A stretch of DNA of 63,829 nucleotides, counting the filler, from Licmophora abbreviata (lineage: Eukaryota), in NCBI GenBank assembly GCA_900291995.1. It is 12 parts of 12 records of this genome, joined end to end, with 100 filler letters (N's around TTAATTAATTAA, not from the genome) between each part and the next. Parts side by side here need not be neighbours in the genome. Positions count along the whole stretch, not along the records: positions 51,680 to 58,539 come from OLMU01000810.1; positions 58,640 to 60,024 come from OLMU01000812.1; positions 60,125 to 63,829 come from OLMU01000814.1; 9 more parts are not named here. One strand, given 5' to 3'. The notes under the pieces are model-generated. The model was not told the DNA's origin. It made no database searches and worked only from the letters and a program-made list of their open reading frames with translations. The stretch's first letter is position 1. Each line of letters opens with the position of its first letter. Shown piece after piece: positions 56,403 to 63,829 of the stretch. The position numbers were made by a program, and so were the translations under genes.

Positions 56403-57238
56403 ATGAGGCTCAGCTACGAAACATGTCTGATCGGTGACAAATGCGTTCTAGTTCCTTATCGTAAGTTCCTTTTGGATGGCGATAAACTAGAGATTATGCT
56501 GTGATAATTTTTATTTCTCACCTTTACCGTCCGTAATCAGGCCCAGAACATGTCGAGACGTATCATGACTGGATGAAAGATCCCACGCTGCTCGAAGCGA
56601 CCGGATCCGAGCCGCTCAGTTTGGAAGAGGAGATTCAGATGCAGCATTCTTGGAGAGATGATCCTGAGAAGTGCACGTTTATCGTGTTGGCCAAATGCGA
56701 GTGCAGTGATGGCGATACACAACACGACGAATCATCATCACCATCATCTATCGCGACAACGGTCGATGCGGACTTTATCCAGCGAAATTTAAAAGCAATG
56801 GTGGGCGACGTGAATCTTTTTCTCTCGGAAGAGGAGGAGGAAGCTGTTAGCGATGACGAGCAGGAGGCAGAGGTGGGGGGTGGTGAGCGGGGGCCGAAAT
56901 TCATGCAAGCCGAGCTGGACATTATGATTGCAGAGCATGCGCACCGCGGACATGGTCTTGGTCGAGAAGCAAGCTGTTTGATGATGATGTATGCTGCCAT
57001 GAATCTTGGAATTCGACGGTTCTTCTGTAAAATCAACGAAGACAATCATGCCTCTCGAGGTCTGTTCGAGAAAATGGGCTTTCGTCAATGCAACTACGCC
57101 GAGTGCTTCAGGCAAGTGGAGCTGGAACTGAAACGAAACGGTTCGGAACAAATGACCGAGGACGTTGGCATGCTACTTGGTAGAAGTGATTTACAGGTTG
57201 TTGAATGCCCGCTACGTAATAAGGAAACAGATTGCTGA
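56403..57238 (+). CDS. NAT9: N-acetyltransferase 9-like GNAT; exons 56403-56460, 56541-57238
   Basis: VLVPY|RPEHVETYHDWM, ATGSEPLSLEEEIQMQHSWRDD..KCTFIV, MVGDVNLF, AELDIMIAE..RGHGLGRE. Confidence 0.9.
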
Positions 57239-57366
57239 CGACAAGAGACACGAGTTTCATCCAGTATCATTGCAATTTGCTATCGATGATGTACATATAG
57301 TCCGTCATGCAGCAGATGCACGCTCACCGAGGAATGAATAATGAGTCCTGCAGAAACGCACGAAAG

Positions 57367-58112
57367 CTACGAGATCACGCAGGGAGTCTTGCTCGTGCAG
57401 CTCTTCGGTGTGTCCCCGTCCTCCTCGGCGACCTCCATGAGTTGCGGATACCATTCGTTGAAGGCTGCCGCCATGTCGGCAAAAGTGGCCTTGAGATCGG
57501 CATTGATAAAGACGCGATCAAAGTTTCCAGCTTGTTGTCCGTACTCTAGCTCCTGTGCCGCGTTGGCAAGTCGCTTCTTGATCTGCTCTTCCGTCTCCGT
57601 GCCGCGGCCTCTCAAACGAGCCTCGAGAGCTTCCATGGAAGGAGGTGCGATAAAGAGATAGATTGGATTCAAGTCACTCTTCTTTACATTCTTGACGCCC
57701 TGTACGTCAATATCCAAGATGCAGACCTTGCCAGCCTTTTGAACAGACTCGACCGCGGCGACACTAAAGATGGGAGAGCGTTGAGGGTAAGGCCATCGAA
57801 AAGACGACTCGGAAAGTAGCACATCGCCACTCCGCACACACACACACACACACACCTTGTTCCGTAGTAGTTTCCGTGTACATTGGCATGCTCAATGAAC
57901 TTTCCAGCGTCAATCTCCTTCTTCATGGCTTCGGTCGTCGCAAAGTGATAGTGCACTCCGTTCTCCTCTCCCTCTCGTGGCTTGCGGGTTGTGTGAGACA
58001 CACTGAATCCAAACTGCTCGTTCGGGAATCGTTCCATTAGCAAATTGATCAAGGTGCCCTTCCCAACCCCCGAGGGACCACAAAAGACTACAGGACGAGG
58101 TGATTCCGACAT
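57367..58112 (-). CDS. GUK1: Guanylate kinase; exons 58112-57856, 57763-57367
   Basis: [70 protein letters not shown]. Confidence 0.95.
57835..57855. repeat. (CA)10 microsatellite at the 5' end of the guanylate kinase intron
   Basis: Read directly from the sequence. Confidence 0.95.
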
Positions 58113-58639
58113 GAATGAAAATCTGTAAACAATGAGCGACAAGGACAAGATTAGCATCCGCAATGGTGCAGCAATGATCATTGTGTGTTGGCTGATGCGT
58201 TTCGCCGCCGCCGACGACGACGACCCGGATGACCGCGACAGAGCGGGTGAATGACCCGACGTTTGTAGAGCTCGTAGCTCGCATTTCAACACTGATCTCT
58301 GTGACGTCGAAATAGGTAAGCCGATAAGTGATTCGACAGGAAGCTTTCGCGAATGACATGCCACGTCAGTGCAACAGAAGACAGGGCCACGCAGCAACAA
58401 TACTACCCGACCTCTACATTGCCTTGAAGTGTTCATCTTGATTAATGACAATGATACAAGAGCGCTCCAGAACGAATTCTGATTGGCTCCGGAAGTTTTG
58501 ATTCGATGCGAACCTCCACGCGCCAGTCGATCGCACGTTNNNNNNNNNNNNNNNNNNNNNNNNNNNNNNNNNNNNNNNNNNNNTTAATTAATTAANNNNN
58601 NNNNNNNNNNNNNNNNNNNNNNNNNNNNNNNNNNNNNNN

Positions 58640-59990
58640 ATTCAAACGCATTGTCTCCAAGAATCCAGTGAAGAAATCGTCGCTTAGCAGCATTCATCAC
58701 TTGCCATGGAGGACTCGAGGTGTTCATACTAAGGAGCGTAAAACCACCCTTTGCATTGACGGCCTTGTTGTTGGCAGCCCCACTTTGAAAGTACTCCGTA
58801 TTTCGTTCCATTACGTTGACTTCATCGAAGACACCTCCACCGCTGACATTCTCAATCTTGGCGGCATCCAGCGCAAACGGCGATGCGTCAGTAAACTCGG
58901 CATAGTCCGAGGCAAACGTGACGACGCGATGTTTTCGTCGCAAGAGTTCTGCCAACGACGTAGTGTACAGGTCGCTCTCTCTTGTATCCAATAGCAACCC
59001 AGCAAAGATACTTTTGTATTCGCTCCATAGTTGCTGTTTCTGTTCTGGCGTGACATCAGGGTACTGATCTTGCCCTGTCGCACCCGTCGATCCGTGTCTT
59101 GACAACCACAAGACGACGATTTCTTGAGGGTGAGCGTCGAGCCATGTTCGAATCTCATGCCAGTATTGGATGATAGGCTGTCGTGATTGCATAAAGTGAA
59201 TCGAGTACCACTCCCGATTGTCGTGTTCCATCATGATACGCACATCCACGAATCGAATGCCATTGTCGAGCTGTTGTGTGAGTGTGAGCTGTTGTGTCTT
59301 GGCCTGCAGTCGAAAAAACTCTTCCAATTCGCCTGGTAGTAATTCATTCCCGCTCAGTGCGTGTAGAATGTCCGCGAGGTGCTGGAAGTCGTCGAGTCCA
59401 TCGTCCGAAACAGTCTCCGAGAGATCGTAGGTCAGAGAATCATGCGTTCCTGGAAGTGACCAGTCAAGGAGGGTGAGTTCCTCCAAGGCATCCGGTGCGG
59501 TGGCGAGCATGGTTCCCATCCAGTCGGGAAGCAGTTCCGGAGGGTCGTCTGGATAGGGCGTGGGACCCAAGGGACAGTCGTACTCGGTGGGAATCGTCAA
59601 AGTTCTGTTGACTTGTGTAGAAAAGCAGATAGATTCGTCCTTGAGTTCTGATTCCGAGTAGCAGGTCTGGTCCATGGGGCACCATTCGCAGGACGGTCTA
59701 TGGTAAGGCCAGGCGACACCGGCGACACGAGAGTATTCCGTTGTTCTCGTCGTCAGTGTCTGATCAAAAACATGATCCAAGAGCATGGAAGGATATCGAG
59801 AGTTCGTACATGCGGCACAGCTGGAAAAGGCACGACAGGGATCAGCTGAAGCATCATTGTCAATCTCGAGGCGGACATTCTTGGTGTTTTCGAAGGAGAC
59901 GTGAGCATTGTGATGTTGGAGGTAGATTGACGTCAATTTCAGCACCAAGGAGACTTTCCACAAGCCCAGAAGTATCCAAGAGCACCACAT
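58640..59990 (-). CDS. Secreted/membrane PI-PLC X-domain (PLCXD-like) phosphodiesterase with Cys-rich PSI-like N-terminal module; 3' end in gap
   Basis: Hydrophobic N-terminus, CRAFSSCAAC..CEWC..C, SLPGTHDSLTY, TQQLTLTQQLDNGIRFVDVR, WLDAHPQEIVVL. Confidence 0.85.
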
Positions 59991-60124
59991 GGTCAAAAAA
60001 TTAACGAGATTGAGTTAAATGGAANNNNNNNNNNNNNNNNNNNNNNNNNNNNNNNNNNNNNNNNNNNNTTAATTAATTAANNNNNNNNNNNNNNNNNNNN
60101 NNNNNNNNNNNNNNNNNNNNNNNN

Positions 60125-60252
60125 GTCTTTTTGGTGCCAGCGGACGCAGTCGCTTTCGCTGCTGCTGCGGCTGCTGCTTGAGCAGCGGGTGCTCCCGGCA
60201 CTGACGCATGAGCCACTGGTGCATTTGACTGTGGTGTAGGTGCATTCGACAT
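60125..60252 (-). CDS. Possible 5' fragment of a gene (Ala-rich N-terminus) truncated by a gap
   Basis: AAAG-ATG start, then MSNAPTPQ...AAAAAAAKATASAGTKK runs into the N spacer. Confidence 0.4.
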
Positions 60253-60568
60253 CTTTACAAAGGGCGGGTGTGGAGCCAAGACAGAAATGCGACGACAACA
60301 GCAGAGTGCATGGACGTTGGCGCATGAACAATCATCGGAGGCGTCATGGTCGCGTCGCGGCAGAGCGCGAGGAGCTACAAAGATTACCTCCGGGTTTGTT
60401 ACTGACTCGAGCTCTCGCTCTCACGAAAGCTCATCAACTTGAACGCATTTTGGCGGGAAAATTACGAGTGAAGACGATCGACACATTGAACATCCGGACT
60501 TCTTCATTGATCCTGGACGACTCTTTTGCTGCACAGAGACTTCTTCCCAGTCGTCTGCAGTGCCTTGG

Positions 60569-61270
60569 ATGGTCAGACATATCTGTACATCGGCACTTCT
60601 TTTTGCATGGATTCCTGTGGCGACTCCTTTTCTGCCACAACCACTTCCGTGGCGCGACATCACCAAACAAGACTCGCCATCAGTACTGACCCGACCTAAG
60701 GACTCTTACCTCTCGCTCGACATGCCAGAAACGACCAATTGGATCGTCAGGCCTGCTACGATAGATGACACGGACAATGTCAACTCTCTTCTGCAGACTT
60801 GTTACGAGACACTGCTGCCCAACAACTACGATGAGGATCTTCTCGACGTCGCACTGCCAAAGATGTGTCGAGCAAATCCAGAGTTGCTCACAAGCGGCAC
60901 ATGGTATGTCGTACAACATCCGAGTACAAAATCGATCGTAGGGTGCGGTGGTTGGTCGCGACAATCGCCGACTGATGGCAAGAACGAGAGCGACTCGATT
61001 ACTACTAGCCGACCGCCTCATGTCCGTCATGTTGCTACCGACCCCACGGTCCTCCGACAGGGCGTCGCTAGTGCTCTCTGGAAGCGAATATGGAACGACA
61101 TGACGTCGGAGCTTGGTGATTCTATACAAGTCGAAGTGTACTCGACATTGACAGCGGAATCTTTCTATGCCTCCCTTGGCTTTGTCGCTGTCGAACATGT
61201 CGAGCTGCCACTGGCACCCGATTGCTTGTTTCCAGCCGTCTTGATGCGTCGACCAACGCCCAACTGCTAA
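60569..61270 (+). CDS. GNAT-family acetyltransferase with signal-peptide-like N-terminus
   Basis: IVRPATIDD, IVGCGGWS, HVRHVATDPTVLRQGVAS, STLTAESFYASLGF. Confidence 0.85.
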   Translation: MVRHICTSALLFAWIPVATPFLPQPLPWRDITKQDSPSVLTRPKDSYLSLDMPETTNWIVRPATIDDTDNVNSLLQTCYETLLPNNYDEDLLDVALPKMCRANPELLTSGTWYVVQHPSTKSIVGCGGWSRQSPTDGKNESDSITTSRPPHVRHVATDPTVLRQGVASALWKRIWNDMTSELGDSIQVEVYSTLTAESFYASLGFVAVEHVELPLAPDCLFPAVLMRRPTPNC

Positions 61271-61445
61271 CCAGTAAAAGTTGGCGTCCTCTCTGTGAAC
61301 AAACTACCCGACCACTGATGCGAAAAATGGTATTTGGAACTTTTTTATAGTAATCTTACAGGCTCAATTACTCTAGAGAGCGCCATTCGAATTGGATAAA
61401 GTGGTCGTGTCCATGCCGTGCTGACACATCGTACACGATCCTTAA

Positions 61446-62778
61446 TTAGTTCCCAATCTCCGTCTGCAGTTGTTTGGATTCTTGTTCCAGCATGCAGTGA
61501 CTGCATACACCTTCTCGCATGGCCATGGTGAGTGCTTCTTTGGCACCCAAAGATTCAATGCGCATCTTGGTGGCATCGGAGGTCTTGACCAGTGTCTTGA
61601 GACACTTGGCAGCCAGACACGCGTCGTGCGGTCTCTGCTCCGCACTGGCCAACTCTTGAATTAGAACGGTAAGAAGGGAGTCCGTCAGAATACGTTCCGA
61701 CTGTGTCACGACGGCACTCATTTCGTCCGAAGCCTCGAGTGCAGAAAGGCAATTGGACAGTACCGTGAGAGCATGACGGTGCATCATGGCCAAGTAGTCT
61801 TGGTCCAAGTCGCGCACGTCCATGCCCTTGTCGTCTTGGTACATGCGCCACGACTCAATGAGTGATAGAATAGTGTCGAGCACTTGGGAGTGCATCAAGA
61901 TGGCACGGGCCGCCGAGACGCTGCAGTTGGAGGAGGTCATGTTGGTGAGCTGGACCAGGCTTTCCATGCCCAGGAGGTGAGCGTCGTAACGGTCTTTTCG
62001 AAGGAGATCCGAAGCAATCTCCAGGTCTTCCTTCATGATGGAATCCATCTTAGAATTGTGTTGTTGTTCGAGGTGCTTGACGCAGTCCGGGATCTCAAAC
62101 TTGATCATGGGCTGAGGAGGCATGCCCTGCGCTGCTCTCAGAACAGCCTTACTTGACTGATGAAAGAGAAAACAGCATCCCGTGCGGCGCTGCGTCTCGA
62201 CAACGACAGTATCGTTGGAGCGAGAAAGAGACGGATGCAGAATCGAACATGTTCGCGTGTTTCGGCAAGAACCAGGGCCTGAGGTGAAGGGTATAGAGAA
62301 AGTGTATCCAAGTCGTGTAAGAAATTCTGTCTGCACTACACTGTTTCCATCGTCCCGTCAAGGTCGGTCTCTTTCCCGCTGTTCTCACCTTGTCTTCGTC
62401 AAACGCAGCCGCGATCGATTGGGTTCGGAGACACTCTGAAATACGATCGGCGACATTTTGAACCTCGCCGATCTGGTCAATGTGTGCATGTGTCCGTTCG
62501 AGCGGATAGAGTTCTGGCAGCAATCGCAGGTCGTCCTTCGTGACTGTCCAAGAAGAATGTTTGGGAGTGACCTCTGAAGAAGACAGTGCGAGAGACGACG
62601 ACGTCTTCGATTCCATGCGGAATGGCGACTGCTTCAACGAGTACGCTCCTTCCGCGTGACTCAATCCAGCTCGTTCGGCTCCTCCAAAAGACGACGGCGC
62701 TCGTATCAGGACACTTCTCATCTGCGGGACGTCTGGGGGCAAGGACGACTGCCTCTTATTATTGTTATTGTCTGTCAT
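61446..62778 (-). CDS. Uncharacterised protein, KA1-like segment followed by a helical (ARM-like) region; intron 62388-62279; apparent frameshift at ~62226
   Basis: Exon 1 ends at FDEDK|GTGAG. Exon 2 reads ALVLAETREHVRFCIRLF, then after a one-base shift SRSNDTVVVETQRRTGCCFLFH, followed by helical repeats. Confidence 0.65.
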
Positions 62779-63293
62779 GGTGGATGGTGTTCTCGTTCGT
62801 GTCGTTGTAGACTGTATCAATGAGCTTCTTGCTCCTTCGCTGATGCTTTGTAACGACAGAGTGAACGTATGAGCGAAGTGTGTGCGTTCCAGCAGGTTGG
62901 TTCGTGGAGACTGTTCCTGCGTGTTCTTGATCGTAGGAATTTGCACCTGCCGTAGAATCATACGTCAGTTTAGTACTGCTTTGGCATCAGAAAGTGTACG
63001 AAAACATTCGAGCAAATAACCCGGAAGTTCTGACATCTGCAGTCCGATCACGACTCGACTCATTCGATTCGCTATTGTCGGGTCCAAAATTCTCCGATAC
63101 GATTTATGCGGCTCTCAGCTCTTGTGTCTGCCATGCCTCCGTCGTTGTTACTCGCCATACCATAATTCTAACAAAACACGCATCTCCTCTCATATTCAAT
63201 ATCTGTGTCGACGACGCCGCCGTTGCTCCAGTGATATACACCATCCGCAAAGCCACACGCTCTTTGTAACTCCCCCTCATCGTACGCATCATT

Positions 63294-63662
63294 ATGGTGT
63301 TTGGATTGTTTGGAACGAAAAAGAAAGAAGAAACTGCTACTGAACAAGCGAAACAACAAAACGTTGAGCCTCCTCTGTACGACGCCACCGCGACTTCAGA
63401 AGCAGCAGCAGAAGTTGACCAGCACAACCGTGGACAGCCCGTGAAAGCCAATTTGGACAGTGCTGGAAAGCAGCGAAGTAAATTTCTCACCGACTGTAGT
63501 GAGCAACACGCCGCATCGCTCAAGTGCATCGAAGAAAACTATACCAACAGGGCTGCCTGTCAATCCTTCTTTGAGGCTTACAAGACCTGTAGACGAGAAG
63601 AGAAACATCGTCGACAGGTGGAAGAAAAGGAAAAGAAGTGGCAACGAACGCATCACTATTAG
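63294..63662 (+). CDS. Twin CX9C mitochondrial intermembrane-space protein (COX23/CHCHD7-like)
   Basis: SKFLTD-C-SEQHAASLK-C-IEENYTNRAA-C-QSFFEAYKT-C, with exact CX9C spacing twice. Confidence 0.85.
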   Translation: MVFGLFGTKKKEETATEQAKQQNVEPPLYDATATSEAAAEVDQHNRGQPVKANLDSAGKQRSKFLTDCSEQHAASLKCIEENYTNRAACQSFFEAYKTCRREEKHRRQVEEKEKKWQRTHHY

Positions 63663-63829
63663 ACTATCATGGGGTCCACACGATCGTTTGTTGGATGGAA
63701 TGCAGTAATGCTGGCAGTGGTAGTATCTTTGCTCAAGTGCACCTCGACGATCACCGCGCTTGGTCCAACGTTGCGGTCGCTCGGGCGCCATGATCGCGCT
63801 GGTGCCGTGCAACAGTCCTCCTTGTCATC

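Noticed and set aside
6970..60124. Eleven copies of palindromic TTAATTAATTAA as a biological repeat, CRISPR-like array or insertion site
   Set aside because: Each is centred in exactly 44+44 Ns and gives stops in all six frames, and one interrupts a continuous gene (48310-49011). It is an assembly linker.

Overview
Gene-dense eukaryotic nuclear DNA (about 50% GC, mostly 70-130 nt GT-AG introns, short intergenic spacers). It is most likely from a diatom or related ochrophyte: one gene has an ASAF-type bipartite plastid presequence and another encodes a signal-peptide-bearing ubiquitin of the periplastid (SELMA) type. The window is a scaffold of 12 contig pieces joined by 11 artificial 100-nt spacers (N44-TTAATTAATTAA-N44). 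At least six single-frame breaks in otherwise intact genes, mostly at short homopolymers, point to sequencing indels. About 33 protein-coding genes can be supported, including mitochondrial EF-G, a DENND4-like Rab GEF, a 9-exon ~2690-aa CHD-type remodeler with an unusual domain set, a cyclophilin with FG-like repeats, PP2C, FKBP, leishmanolysin, an actin-related protein, metaxin, two PDZ proteins, ketopantoate reductase, an FBH1/UvrD-like helicase, aquaglyceroporin, a DGAT2-family acyltransferase, NAT9, guanylate kinase, a PI-PLC X-domain protein and a COX23-like protein. I saw no rRNA, tRNA, CRISPR array or transposon. The strongest leads are the K48/K63-less ubiquitin flanked by RGG sites, the multi-reader CHD with PDZ and NUMOD1-like modules, the FG-cyclophilin, and an unnamed ~40-aa helical motif shared by two unrelated genes. 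All domain calls come from motif recognition by eye, not database searches.
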